A DNA stretch of 64,000 nt. It comes from Alphaproteobacteria bacterium. Its GTDB lineage: Bacteria > Pseudomonadota > Alphaproteobacteria > Bin95. Below are positions 11,192 to 20,921 of this stretch, one piece after another. The translations under genes and the position numbers were made by a program. The stretch lies in assembly GCA_964291285.2 (NCBI GenBank), contig OZ219789.1, positions 96,001 through 160,000 on the forward strand, given 5' to 3'. The number at the start of each line of letters is the position of its first letter. Positions within the stretch are counted from its first letter, which is position 1. The notes under the pieces were generated by a model. That model was not told the DNA's origin and made no database searches. It saw only the letters and a list, made by a program, of their open reading frames with translations.

Positions 11192-12373
11192 ATGCCCATC
11201 GTCAACCGCATAGCCGAGTTCCACGAGGAAATGACCGCGTGGCGGCGCGAGCTCCACATGTATCCGGAAACGGCGTTCGAGGAGGTGCGCACCTCCGCCT
11301 TCGTCGCGGACAAGCTGAAGGAGTTCGGCGTGGACGCCGTCCACACGGGCATCGCGAAGACCGGCGTCGTCGCCGTGCTGCGCGGACAAGGCGGCAGCCA
11401 GCGCTCCATCGCCATCCGCGCCGACATGGACGCGCTCGACATCGAGGAGGCGAACGACTTCGACTACAAGTCCCGTAATCCCGGCAAGATGCATGCCTGC
11501 GGCCATGACGGGCATACGACCATGCTGCTGGGCGCCGCGAAATACCTTGCCGAGACGCGCAATTTCGACGGCACGGTCTATTTCGTCTTCCAGCCGGCGG
11601 AGGAAAATGAGGGCGGCGGCCGCGCCATGGTGGAGGACGGCCTGTTCGAGCGCTTCCCGGCGGACGCGGTTTACGGCATGCACAACTCGCCCGGCGTGCC
11701 GGTCGGGCGCTTCACCACCCGGGCCGGGCCGGCCATGGCTGGCTTCGACATTTTCGAGATCGAGATCGACGGCTACGGCACCCATGCCGCCCGGCCGCAC
11801 CAGGGCGTCGATACCGTCGTCATACAGGCCCAGATCGTCACCGCGCTCCAGACCATCGCCAGCCGGTCGGTCAACGCCATCGACTCGGTCGTGCTCACCA
11901 TCACCCAGGTCCATGGCGGCGACACCTGGAACGTGATTCCCCAGAAAGTCGTGCTGCGCGGCACGGTGCGCGCCTTCAAGCCGGAGGTGCAGGACCTGAC
12001 CGAGGCGCGCATGCGGCGCATCTGCGACAGCATCGCGGAGGCCTTCGGGGCCGCGGTCTCGGTGCGCTACGAGCGCCGCTACCCGCCGACCGTCAACGAC
12101 GCCGAGCATGTTGATCTCGCCGCGGCCGTGGCGGCGGACGTGTTCGGCGCGGGCAATGTGAGCACGGACGCGCCGCCCGGCATGGGCTCGGAAGACTTCT
12201 CCTTCATGCTCAATGCGAAGCCGGGCGCCTATGTCCGCATCGGCAACGGCGCCGAAGGCGAGCATGGCGGCGTGGTCGTCCACAATCCGCATTACGACTT
12301 CAACGACGACGCCCTGCCCTGGGGCGCCACATACTGGTCGCGCCTGGTCGAAACCGTGCTGGTGCGCGCATGA
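11192..12373 (+). CDS. M20 amidohydrolase (hippurate hydrolase-like)
   Basis: RADMDAL, MHACGHDGH, FQPAEE, GMHN, SEDF. Confidence 0.93.
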   Translation: MPIVNRIAEFHEEMTAWRRELHMYPETAFEEVRTSAFVADKLKEFGVDAVHTGIAKTGVVAVLRGQGGSQRSIAIRADMDALDIEEANDFDYKSRNPGKMHACGHDGHTTMLLGAAKYLAETRNFDGTVYFVFQPAEENEGGGRAMVEDGLFERFPADAVYGMHNSPGVPVGRFTTRAGPAMAGFDIFEIEIDGYGTHAARPHQGVDTVVIQAQIVTALQTIASRSVNAIDSVVLTITQVHGGDTWNVIPQKVVLRGTVRAFKPEVQDLTEARMRRICDSIAEAFGAAVSVRYERRYPPTVNDAEHVDLAAAVAADVFGAGNVSTDAPPGMGSEDFSFMLNAKPGAYVRIGNGAEGEHGGVVVHNPHYDFNDDALPWGATYWSRLVETVLVRA

Positions 12374-13086
12374 AGCTCCGGGATTTCGACGCGCTCAGCT
12401 TCGACTGCTACGGCACGCTGATCGACTGGGAAGCGGGCATTCTCGCCGCATGGCGCCCCTGGGCCGAACGGGAAGGCGTCGAGGCCGAAGACGGGGCCGT
12501 GCTGGAATACTTCGCTGCCAACGAGTCCCGGCAGCAGGCCGAGACGCCGGGCCTGCCCTATCCGGAGGTGCTCGCGCGGGCGTTCATGGGAATGGGCGCG
12601 GACTTCGGACGCGCGCCCGTCGAGGCTGACGCGGTCGCATTCGGTCGCTCCGTCCCGGACTGGCCCGCATTCCCCGACAGCTCCGAGGCGCTGGACTATC
12701 TGGGCCGACATTACGAGCTCATCGTCCTTTCCAATGTGGACCGGGAGAGCTTCGCCGCCTCCGCCGAACGCCTCCGAACACGCTTCGACGCCGTCTTCAC
12801 GGCCCAGGACATCGGCTCCTACAAGCCGGCCCCGGCTAACTTCGACGCGCTGACCGCCGGCCTCGAGGCGCGCGGCATTGCGAAGGCGCGCGTCCTTCAC
12901 ACGGCCCAGTCGCTCTTCCACGACCATGCGCCCGCCGCCGCCGCCGGGTTCGCGACCTGCTGGATCGACCGGCGCAAGGGCAGGCCCGGCTGGGGCGCCA
13001 CCATGCCGCCGCCCTCGGAGGTGCAGGTCGATTTCCATTTCGGCTCGATGGCGGAGCTCGTCGAGGCGCACCGCCGGGAAGGTTAA
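12370..13086 (+). CDS. HAD-family hydrolase, haloacid dehalogenase type II-like
   Basis: FDCYGTLIDW, LSNVD, SYKP, AQSLFHD. Confidence 0.9.
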   Translation: MKLRDFDALSFDCYGTLIDWEAGILAAWRPWAEREGVEAEDGAVLEYFAANESRQQAETPGLPYPEVLARAFMGMGADFGRAPVEADAVAFGRSVPDWPAFPDSSEALDYLGRHYELIVLSNVDRESFAASAERLRTRFDAVFTAQDIGSYKPAPANFDALTAGLEARGIAKARVLHTAQSLFHDHAPAAAAGFATCWIDRRKGRPGWGATMPPPSEVQVDFHFGSMAELVEAHRREG

Positions 13087-13141
13087 CCCCGGCCCCGGCC
13101 GGGGCTACAATCGAGGCAGCAGCCAAGGGGGTGGGTGCATC

Positions 13142-13978
13142 ATGCTCAAGAGCATAGTGGTGGCGGTGGATGCGTCCCCGTCCAGCGTGGAAGCGGAGAA
13201 GCTGGCGCTGGCCATTGCCGGCAATTACGGCTCGCGGCTTGTCGGGATCGGCGTGCTCGACACGCCGTTCTTCACGGCGCCCATGGCGCGGCCGATGGGC
13301 GCCGGCGCCTACAAGGAGCATCGCGACGAAACGCTGGTGAAGGCTGCGCGCGAACGGCTTGAGGCACGGTTGAAGGAGTTCGAAGCGGCCTGCGCGGCCG
13401 CCGGCGCCGCATACGGGGCCATCGAGGCCGAGGGCGTCCCGCACAAGCTGATCGAGGCGGAGGCGGACCGGCACGACCTCATCGTGATCGGGCGCGAGAC
13501 CAACTTCCACGGCGTCGAGAACCACGACATCGCCACGGTCGTCCAGCGCCTGCTGCACGACAATCCGCGGCCGGTCGTGATGGTGCCGCCCGCGCCGCTG
13601 TCGGGCAACCGGGTCGTGGTGGCCTTCGACGGCAGCCGGGAATCCTCCCGCGCCATGCACATGTACATTCTGCTCGGGCTGGCGAAGGGGCAGGAAGCCC
13701 ATGTCGTCAGCATTGCCGCGAACCGCGCCGCCGCCCAGGAAACCGCCGCCAAGGGCGCCGGCCTGTTCCGCTCGCACGGCTTCGAGGCTGAGGCGCACGG
13801 GATCGCGGCGCGCGGCAATCCGGCCGACGCCATCCTCTCGCATGTGGAGTCCATGAACGCCGGCATGCTCGTCATGGGCGCCTTCGGCCACCACAACCTC
13901 GTCCACAATATCCTGGTCGGCTCCGCCACCCGCCGCCTGCTGCACGACTGCCCGGCGCCTGTCTTCGTGCATCATTGA
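13142..13978 (+). CDS. Tandem universal stress protein
   Basis: Two Usp domains: SIVVAVDAS; VVVAFDGS...MGAFGH...GSATRRLL. Confidence 0.9.
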   Translation: MLKSIVVAVDASPSSVEAEKLALAIAGNYGSRLVGIGVLDTPFFTAPMARPMGAGAYKEHRDETLVKAARERLEARLKEFEAACAAAGAAYGAIEAEGVPHKLIEAEADRHDLIVIGRETNFHGVENHDIATVVQRLLHDNPRPVVMVPPAPLSGNRVVVAFDGSRESSRAMHMYILLGLAKGQEAHVVSIAANRAAAQETAAKGAGLFRSHGFEAEAHGIAARGNPADAILSHVESMNAGMLVMGAFGHHNLVHNILVGSATRRLLHDCPAPVFVHH

Positions 13979-14007
13979 CGGCCCGGCCCGTGCCGGGGCC
14001 GGCGGGC

Positions 14008-14970
14008 CTACACGCCCCAGTGTTCCCGCAGGTGGCCGGCGGCATCCCGGACGGCGCGCGCCGCGACCTCCACTTCCGGAGCCATTTTCAGGAAACCGTG
14101 CGGCGCGCCAGGATAGAGGATATAGCGGTGCGGCACATGGGCGGCGGCCAGCTTCAGGCCCAGCGCTTCGGCATCGTCGCGCAGCGGGTCCAGCGCCGCC
14201 GCCGTCAGCAGCACCGGCGGCAGGTCGCGGAAATCGATGTTCAGGGAGCAGAACAGCGGGTCGCGCCCGTCCTCCTCCCTGCCGAGATAGTCGGCATAGA
14301 AGCGGCGCATGATGGCGAGGCCGAGGCCGTAGCGCCCGTCCCCGTAAGCCGCGGCGGCCGGGCCGGGCTCGTAGCCGTATTCCGGCATATGGCCGTAGCA
14401 GCCGTAGAGCAGCAGCGCGGTGCCGAGCGCCCTGCGCCGCCGGTCCAGCACGGCGAGCGCCAGATTGGCGCCGGCCGAGTCGCCCCCGACCGCGAGCCGC
14501 GCGGCGTCCACCCCGATCTCCGCGCCATGCTCCGCCAACCAGTCGCAGGCGAAGATGCATTCCTCGACCGGCACCGGGAAGCGGTGCTCCGGGGCGAGGC
14601 GGTAATCGACGGAAACCACCGCCGCACCGGCTTCCTTCGCCAGCAGGCGGCAGAGCGTATCGTGAGACTCGACGCTGCCCAGCATGAAGCCGCCGCCATG
14701 CAGGTAAAGCAGCCCCGGCAGCGCGGCATCGTCGCGGGGCCGATAGACCCGGACCCGGAGTTCGCCGTGCGGCCCGGCGAGCGCCAGATTGACGACGGAG
14801 GCGAGCGGCGGCGGATTGGCGTTCCAGTAAACCGAGGAGGCGTCATAGGCGGCGCGAATATCTTCCGCGGGCGCATCGACCAGAGCCTTCAGATCGAGCG
14901 GGGGCGAGGCCTCGGCCGCGCGCTTGCCCGCTTCCACGATTGCAGGATCGATGGTCTCGACGCCGGTCAT
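14008..14970 (-). CDS. Alpha/beta hydrolase (HSL-family esterase/lactonase)
   Basis: HGGG, YRLAPEH, GDSAG, DPLRD, HGF; ATG at 14970. Confidence 0.92.
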   Translation of the reverse strand: MTGVETIDPAIVEAGKRAAEASPPLDLKALVDAPAEDIRAAYDASSVYWNANPPPLASVVNLALAGPHGELRVRVYRPRDDAALPGLLYLHGGGFMLGSVESHDTLCRLLAKEAGAAVVSVDYRLAPEHRFPVPVEECIFACDWLAEHGAEIGVDAARLAVGGDSAGANLALAVLDRRRRALGTALLLYGCYGHMPEYGYEPGPAAAAYGDGRYGLGLAIMRRFYADYLGREEDGRDPLFCSLNIDFRDLPPVLLTAAALDPLRDDAEALGLKLAAAHVPHRYILYPGAPHGFLKMAPEVEVAARAVRDAAGHLREHWGV

Positions 14971-15159
14971 GGCCTCTCCCCCGAAAAGGCGGCATTCGTG
15001 GCTGCGCATTACAGGGCGACAGCGCCCCCTGCAACCCTGCCGCGAGCGCCGCCGTCCATCCAACGCAGACAGAAAGAACCCGGCCGAGCGTTGCAAAGGC
15101 CGCATGATTCGGAATAGACAGGCGCACCACATTCCCGGTCCCGAGATGCCGCGCTCCCC

Positions 15160-16893
15160 ATGACAGTCACCGCTGTCCCGACCGGCGAAAGCCGCCCGGA
15201 ACGCTTCGACGCCGCAATCGTCGGAGCGGGCTTTGCCGGCATGTACATGCTGCACTGCCTGCGCAAGCTCGGCTTTTCGGCGCGGGTCTTCGAGGCGGGC
15301 GGCGATGTCGGCGGCACCTGGTACTGGAACCGCTATCCCGGCGCGCGCTGCGACATCGAGAGCCTGCAATACTCCTATTCCTTCTCCGAAGAACTCGACC
15401 AGGAATGGGAGTGGACCGAGAAATACGCCCCGCAGCCGGAAATCCTGTCCTATGCCAGGCATGTGGCGGACCGGTTCGACCTCCGCCGGGACATGTGCTT
15501 CGACACGAGGGTGACGGCGCTCGCTTTCGACGAGGCCGCGAAGCGCTGGCATGTCGAGACGGACCGGGGCGGGAGCTGCTCGGCGCAGTTCTGCATCATG
15601 GCGGTGGGGTGCCTCTCGGCTGCAAACCGGCCCCATTTCGACGGTCTGGACGGCTTCGAGGGCGAGGTGCTGCATACCGGCGAGTGGCCGCATGAGCCGG
15701 TGGACTTCACCGGCAAGCGCGTCGCGGTCATCGGCACGGGCTCCTCGGCGATCCAGTCGATCCCGGTCATGGCCCCGAAGGCGGCGGCGCTCACCGTCTT
15801 CCAGCGCACGCCCAACTATGCCGTGCCCGCCTGGAACGCCCCGCTGGACCCGGAACGCGTGCGTGCGTTCAAGGCCGGCTATCCCGCTTTCCGCGCCAGG
15901 GCCCGCTCCCGCCCGACCGGCACCTACTTCCCCTACAACACCCGCCCGGCTCTCGATTCGACGCCGGAGGAGCGCCGCCGGCAATATGACGAGTTCTGGG
16001 CGCGCGGCGGGCTGCCCTTCCTCGGCGCCTTCGGCGACCTGCTGTTCGACAAGGCGGCGAACGACACGGCCGCCGATTTCGCGCGCGGGAAGATCCGCGA
16101 GCGGGTGGACGACCCCGAGACGGCCGAGCTGCTCTGCCCGGACAATGTCTTCGGCTGCAAGCGGCTCTGCGTCGATACCGGCTATTACGAAACCTACAAT
16201 CTGGACCATGTGAAGCTGGTCGACATCTCGACGCGGCCCATCGAGCGCTTCACCGCCGGCGGCATCGTGGCGCACGGCGTCGAACATCCTGCCGACATGG
16301 CCATCTTCGCGACCGGGTTCGCGGCGATGACCGACTCGTTCGACCGCATCCGCATTACCGGCCGGGGCGGGTTGACGCTCGCGGAGAAGTGGCGGGCAGG
16401 CCCGCTCAACTATCTGGGCCTCGCCGTGGCCGGCTTTCCCAATTTCTTCACCATCACCGGCCCGGGCAGCCCGTCGGTGCTGGCGAACATGCTCCCTTCC
16501 ATCGAGCAACATGCGGACTGGATCGCGGACTGCATCGCGCATATGCGCGACACCGGCGCCCGGAGCATCGAGGCGCTGGAGGGCAATGAAGCCGACTGGG
16601 TCGCGCATGTCGCCGATGTCGCGTCGATCTCGCTGCGCTCCACCTGTTCGAGTTGGTATGTCGGCGCGAACATTCCGGGCCGCCCGCGCGTCTTCATGCC
16701 CTATATCGGCGGCTTCCCCGTCTATGTGCAGAAATGCAACGAGGTGCTGGCGGCCGGCTTCGAGGGATTCGTCCTGGACGCGCCCGCCTCCGCCCCGCCG
16801 AAGGTGCGCCTGACGGAGCGCTGGCAGGTCACGCTCGACCCGGATGTCCTCTCGCCCGCCGACATCGCCGCCGGCCGCATTCCCGTCATCTAG
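15160..16893 (+). CDS. Type I Baeyer-Villiger monooxygenase
   Basis: GAGFAG, GGTWYWNRYPGARCD, fingerprint FEGEVLHTGEWP, GTGSSA, ATGF, SWYVGANIPG. Confidence 0.95.
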   Translation: MTVTAVPTGESRPERFDAAIVGAGFAGMYMLHCLRKLGFSARVFEAGGDVGGTWYWNRYPGARCDIESLQYSYSFSEELDQEWEWTEKYAPQPEILSYARHVADRFDLRRDMCFDTRVTALAFDEAAKRWHVETDRGGSCSAQFCIMAVGCLSAANRPHFDGLDGFEGEVLHTGEWPHEPVDFTGKRVAVIGTGSSAIQSIPVMAPKAAALTVFQRTPNYAVPAWNAPLDPERVRAFKAGYPAFRARARSRPTGTYFPYNTRPALDSTPEERRRQYDEFWARGGLPFLGAFGDLLFDKAANDTAADFARGKIRERVDDPETAELLCPDNVFGCKRLCVDTGYYETYNLDHVKLVDISTRPIERFTAGGIVAHGVEHPADMAIFATGFAAMTDSFDRIRITGRGGLTLAEKWRAGPLNYLGLAVAGFPNFFTITGPGSPSVLANMLPSIEQHADWIADCIAHMRDTGARSIEALEGNEADWVAHVADVASISLRSTCSSWYVGANIPGRPRVFMPYIGGFPVYVQKCNEVLAAGFEGFVLDAPASAPPKVRLTERWQVTLDPDVLSPADIAAGRIPVI

Positions 16894-16900
16894 CGCGCCT

Positions 16901-17530
16901 GTGATCGCCGACATCGTCACCTTCTGGCTGGCCGACAGCCTCGACAGCCCGGAGCGCGCCTCGGCGCGGCGCGACTGGTGGTACAGGGGCGGACCCGAGG
17001 TCGACAACGAAATCCGCGCGCGCTTCGGCCACCTGGTGCCGCGCGCCTGCGCCTGCGACCCGGAGCTGACGGGCTGGCGCGAGACGCCGGAGGGCGCGCT
17101 CGCCCTCATCCTGCTGCTCGACCAGTTCACGCGGAACATCCATCGTGGCACGGTGGATGCCTATGCGGGCGACGCCCCGGCCTTCGAGATCGTGCGCCAT
17201 GCCATCGAGCATGGGCTGGACCGGGCGCTGCATCCGGTGGCCTGCATCTGGCTCTACCACCCCTTCCACCACTCCGAGGAGCTTGCCGAACAGGACCGGG
17301 GCCTCGACCTGCTGCGGGCCCTCAGGCGGGCGGCCGACCCGGCATGGCGGGCCTATGTGGACCGCAGCATCCAGGGCTGGACGCGCCACCGCGACATCGT
17401 CGCCCGCTTCGGCCGCTTCCCGCACCGCAACGCCGTGCTCGGCCGCCCGGGCACGGCCGAGGAAGAGGCGCATATGGCGGAGGGCGGCGAAAGCTTCGGC
17501 CAGGGGCTGCAGGGGCATTTCCCGGCTTGA
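16901..17530 (+). CDS. DUF924 family protein
   Basis: LILLLDQFTRNIHR, PFHHSE, RFGRFPHRN. Confidence 0.88.
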   Translation: MIADIVTFWLADSLDSPERASARRDWWYRGGPEVDNEIRARFGHLVPRACACDPELTGWRETPEGALALILLLDQFTRNIHRGTVDAYAGDAPAFEIVRHAIEHGLDRALHPVACIWLYHPFHHSEELAEQDRGLDLLRALRRAADPAWRAYVDRSIQGWTRHRDIVARFGRFPHRNAVLGRPGTAEEEAHMAEGGESFGQGLQGHFPA

Positions 17531-17559
17531 CTTTATCCCCGTTTGTTCTATATAAGTTC
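17526..17559 (+). promoter_or_regulatory. Sigma70-like promoter overlapped by an alphaproteobacterial LexA (SOS) box
   Basis: CTTGAC at 17526, CTATAT at 17548; GTTC-TATATAA-GTTC at 17545-17559, in an AT-rich patch. Confidence 0.7.
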
Positions 17560-17770
17560 CATTCCGATGCGCTAAAGAGAGCGGGGGAATGACCTGACGG
17601 GCTATCGGATCGGGCGCATTGCGGCGTCCGTTCCGGCGCGATTTTCAAGGAAAACTGCCGGCGGCCGGGGGCCGGGCGGCAAACGGGAGAGCTGCGCGCG
17701 CCGCGACGGCGGCAATCCGCCGTTTGCTCGGTCGAGTTCGCCCGCGGCGGGCGAAGACGGGAAGGAGCAG

Positions 17771-18217
17771 ATGATGGCGGACGGGCCGGACGGCGCTCTG
17801 ACGGAGTCCCGGCGGGGCCGGGCGGTCGGTGCGGAACTGCGGGGCCGGGCGGTGGCGGCGGTGCTGCAGGAGGGCATGAGCCCCCGGGCGGCGGCGGCGC
17901 GGTTCGGGCTGGCCGCGACGAGCGTCAGATGCTGGGTGAAGCGGTTTCGCGAACGCGGGCATGTGCGGGAGGACGCGCGGGGCGGAAGTTCCTCGCGGAC
18001 GGAGCCGGAGCGCGAGCGGATCGTCCGTATCCTGGAGGCGCGGCCCGAACTGTCCAGCCGGGCGCTGAGCGAGGCGCTGGCCGCCGAGGGCGTGCGGCTT
18101 GCCGGCTCGACCCTGCGCAAATTCCTCAAACGCCACCGCATGGAGCGCAGCCGCCGCCTCGCCGTCCGCCGCAGGCAGAGGCGGTGGAAGGCTCCCGCGT
18201 CCCCCCGTTCCGGATAG
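17771..18217 (+). CDS. Orphan IS630/Tc1-like HTH DNA-binding protein (no DDE domain)
   Basis: ELRGRAVAAVLQEGMSPRAAAARFGLAATSVRCWVKRFRERG plus a second winged HTH (PELSSRALSEAL...STLRKFLKRH); GAAGGAG RBS. Confidence 0.7.
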   Translation: MMADGPDGALTESRRGRAVGAELRGRAVAAVLQEGMSPRAAAARFGLAATSVRCWVKRFRERGHVREDARGGSSSRTEPERERIVRILEARPELSSRALSEALAAEGVRLAGSTLRKFLKRHRMERSRRLAVRRRQRRWKAPASPRSG

Positions 18218-18263
18218 CCGGCTCCCGGAACGAGTCCGAGGGCCGGGCATGACGGAGGGGACG
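18198..18263. terminator. Extended hairpin between the HTH gene and rmuC
   Basis: CGTTCCGG...CCGGAACG inner stem with CGTCCCC...GGGGACG outer arms. Confidence 0.4.
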
Positions 18264-18276
18264 CCGCCGGCCGTAT

Positions 18277-19572
18277 TCAAACCGGCCGGATGCCGCTCCG
18301 GTCCCGTCCGTCGCCCGTTTCCTCCGCCGGCTCCGCCAGTTCCGGGGCCTGAAGGGTCCGGGGCTCCGTCTCCAGCTGCTCCAGAGGCGCAATGGCCTCG
18401 CTGGCCGGAACGACGCCCAGCCCCTCCAGCTTCCGCGCCGAAGGCAACACCTGCCGCTCCAGCGTCCCGACGCCCCTGTTGTAGCGGTCCACCGCCTGCC
18501 GCAGGGATTTCCCGACATCCTCCATGCGGCCGCCGAACCGCTTGACGCGCTCATACAGCTCCCGCCCGGTTTCCGCGACCGCCCGGGCGTTATCGGCCAG
18601 CCTCTCCTGCTGCCATCCATAGGCTACGGCCTTTACCAGCGCGATCAGCGTGACCGGCGTCGCGATCAGCACCTTGTTCTTCACGGCCTCGTCGAAAAGC
18701 TCCGGGTCGCGCTCGAACGCAGCAGCGACAAACGCATCGCCGGGTATGAACATGACGACAAGGTCGGGCGATCCCGGCAAGGCATTCCAGTATTCCTTCG
18801 ATGACAGCGAACGGATGTGGCCGCGGACATGCTTCGCCAGCGAATCGAGGTCGGTGGCCCGCTTCTTCTCGTCTTCCGTTGCAAAGGCGTCGAGATAGGC
18901 TTGCAACGGCGCCTTGGCGTCCACCGCGATGGATTTGCCGCCGGGCAGGCGTATCACGGCGTCGGGCCTGAGCGTCCCGCCCTCGCCTTGCAGGCTGGCC
19001 TGCTCGTCGAAATCGACATGTTCCATCATGTCCGCCATTTCGAGCACATTTCGCAGTTGGCGCTCGCCCCACCTGCCCGCCCCCGCCGGCCTGCGCAGCG
19101 CCTGCACGAGGCGGCCGGTCTCGTCCCGCAACGCCGATTGGCCTGCAATAAGGGCCTTCACCTGCTCGGTAATCCCGCCATAGGCTTCCTTGCGCGACGT
19201 CTCCAATTCCTGCGCCCGCTTCTCGACCTTCTTCAACTCCTCGCGGATCGGCTTGACCAGCGCCGCGACGGCTTCCTCGCGCGCCTTCAGGTCCTTGTCC
19301 GCCTCGACCTTGTGCGACTGGAAACGCTCGCTCACAAGACGCAGGAAGGAGTCGCTGTTCCTGCCGAGCGCTTCGGCGGCGAGCGCTGCAAACCGCGCCT
19401 CCGCCTCGCCGTGCGCCTTCCCGATCTCTTCCAGGCGCACGGCATGGGTTCTGCGTTCGCTCTCAAGGTCGGCCTCCGCCCTGCCGGCCCGGCTGCGGGC
19501 CGGGGCGGCGAAGGCAAACCAGACGAGCGCCGCGCCTGCCAGCGCGCACAGGACAGGCAGCCAGATTTCCAT
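18277..19572 (-). CDS. rmuC: DNA recombination protein RmuC
   Basis: N-terminal TM + coiled coil; GRWGE, RPDAVIRLP, VDAKAP, MFIPGD, ATPVTLIAL. Confidence 0.93.
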   Translation of the reverse strand: MEIWLPVLCALAGAALVWFAFAAPARSRAGRAEADLESERRTHAVRLEEIGKAHGEAEARFAALAAEALGRNSDSFLRLVSERFQSHKVEADKDLKAREEAVAALVKPIREELKKVEKRAQELETSRKEAYGGITEQVKALIAGQSALRDETGRLVQALRRPAGAGRWGERQLRNVLEMADMMEHVDFDEQASLQGEGGTLRPDAVIRLPGGKSIAVDAKAPLQAYLDAFATEDEKKRATDLDSLAKHVRGHIRSLSSKEYWNALPGSPDLVVMFIPGDAFVAAAFERDPELFDEAVKNKVLIATPVTLIALVKAVAYGWQQERLADNARAVAETGRELYERVKRFGGRMEDVGKSLRQAVDRYNRGVGTLERQVLPSARKLEGLGVVPASEAIAPLEQLETEPRTLQAPELAEPAEETGDGRDRSGIRPV

Positions 19573-19670
19573 GCGTTCTCCTGTCTCTCCCCGATGCCGG
19601 GATAGACGAAAGCCTTCCCGCCGGCAATGCGCAGCGCCTACACTTGCGCGTCAGCAATCGGGAGGCGGGC

Positions 19671-20534
19671 ATGGCCGAACTGGACGCCGCTGAGCGGGAC
19701 TTCTTCTGGGAACACGGCTATGTCGTGGTGGAGGACGCCGTGGACGCCTCCCTGCTGGCCGGGCTCCGGCGCGACTTCGCCGGCTGGGTGGAGGAAAGCC
19801 GCCGGCACGGCGAGCCATACGGCGACACTGCCGACGGCCGGCCCCGCTTCGACCTGGAGCCCGGCCATTCGGCGGACCGGCCGGGGCTCCGGCGCGTCAA
19901 CGCCCCGATCGAGGTGTCGGACGCCTATTTCCGCGCGACGGCCGACAGCCGGATGACCGACTGCGTGGCGGACCTGATCGGCCCCGCCGTGAAGCTGCAC
20001 CACACCAAGATCAACTCCAAGCTGCCCGGCGGGCACACGGAGGTGAAGTGGCACCAGGACTTCCCCTTCACCCCGCACAGCAATGCCGACATCGTGACCG
20101 CGCTGCTGATGGTGGACGAGGTGACGGAGGAGAACGGCCCGCTCAAGGTGCTGCCCGGCTCGCACCGGGGCCCGATCCACGGGCTCTGGCACGGCGGCGC
20201 GTTCACCGGCGCGGTCGCCGACGAAGTGGCCGCCGAATCGGAGAAGGCCGCGGTGATCTGCACCGGGCCCGCGGGCGCCGTCTGCCTGATGCACACGCGG
20301 CTGCTGCACGGGTCCTCGCCCAACCGCTCAGACCGGCCCCGCACGCTGCATATCTCGGTCTATAGCGCGGAGGACGCCGTGCCGAGCTCGCCCAACCCGG
20401 TGCCCAACCGCTATGAGGGCCTGATGGTCCGGGGCGAGCGCAGCGGCCGCATCCGCTCCACCGCCTTCGAGCTGCAGCTGCCCCAGCTCCCCACGACCGC
20501 TTCCTTCTTCGACCAGCAGGCGAAGCACAGGTAG
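19671..20534 (+). CDS. Phytanoyl-CoA dioxygenase (PhyH) family Fe/2OG enzyme
   Basis: WHQD, NGPLKVLPGSH, HGSSPN..R. Confidence 0.92.
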   Translation: MAELDAAERDFFWEHGYVVVEDAVDASLLAGLRRDFAGWVEESRRHGEPYGDTADGRPRFDLEPGHSADRPGLRRVNAPIEVSDAYFRATADSRMTDCVADLIGPAVKLHHTKINSKLPGGHTEVKWHQDFPFTPHSNADIVTALLMVDEVTEENGPLKVLPGSHRGPIHGLWHGGAFTGAVADEVAAESEKAAVICTGPAGAVCLMHTRLLHGSSPNRSDRPRTLHISVYSAEDAVPSSPNPVPNRYEGLMVRGERSGRIRSTAFELQLPQLPTTASFFDQQAKHR

Positions 20535-20544
20535 AAGGACGGGA

Positions 20545-20832
20545 CTATTCCGCGGGGGCTGTCTGAGGGTCGTCCGGCCTCATGTTACGGCCGGCGATAT
20601 AGTCCCGGACGATGGTAAGCTGGCCTCTGACCTCCGCCAGCCCCGCTTCGACCGCCCGCAGACGTTCGTCCAGACTGTCCATGCGCGTTTCCAGGCGGTC
20701 CATACGGCCTTCAAGTCGATCCATGCGGCCGTCCAGACGATCCATGCGCCTGCCGAGGCCGCTTTGGCCTTGCAGGATAAGCCCGGCCAGCGCGACGCCG
20801 ACTGCGAGAATGGCGATCAACTCAGGACTCAT
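20545..20832 (-). CDS. Small membrane-anchored coiled-coil protein with RMDRL(D/E)x heptad repeats
   Basis: Hydrophobic N-terminus followed by RMDRLDG-RMDRLEG-RMDRLET-RMDSLDE. Confidence 0.75.
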   Translation of the reverse strand: MSPELIAILAVGVALAGLILQGQSGLGRRMDRLDGRMDRLEGRMDRLETRMDSLDERLRAVEAGLAEVRGQLTIVRDYIAGRNMRPDDPQTAPAE

Positions 20833-20921
20833 GAGGCAAGGGTCTAGCAGAGAGGGAAGAAACTGTCACCCGCTCCGACGCACGGGCGGAGCGGGGAAAA
20901 CCCGTATATGCCCGGCCCCCG

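Noticed and set aside
14008-17151. 1047-aa minus-strand ORF as a giant esterase fusion
   Set aside because: The upstream part is the antisense shadow of the BVMO. Only 14008-14970 has esterase motifs.
17600-18270. Complete IS630 element
   Set aside because: No catalytic DDE frame or terminal inverted repeats were found, and rmuC follows immediately.
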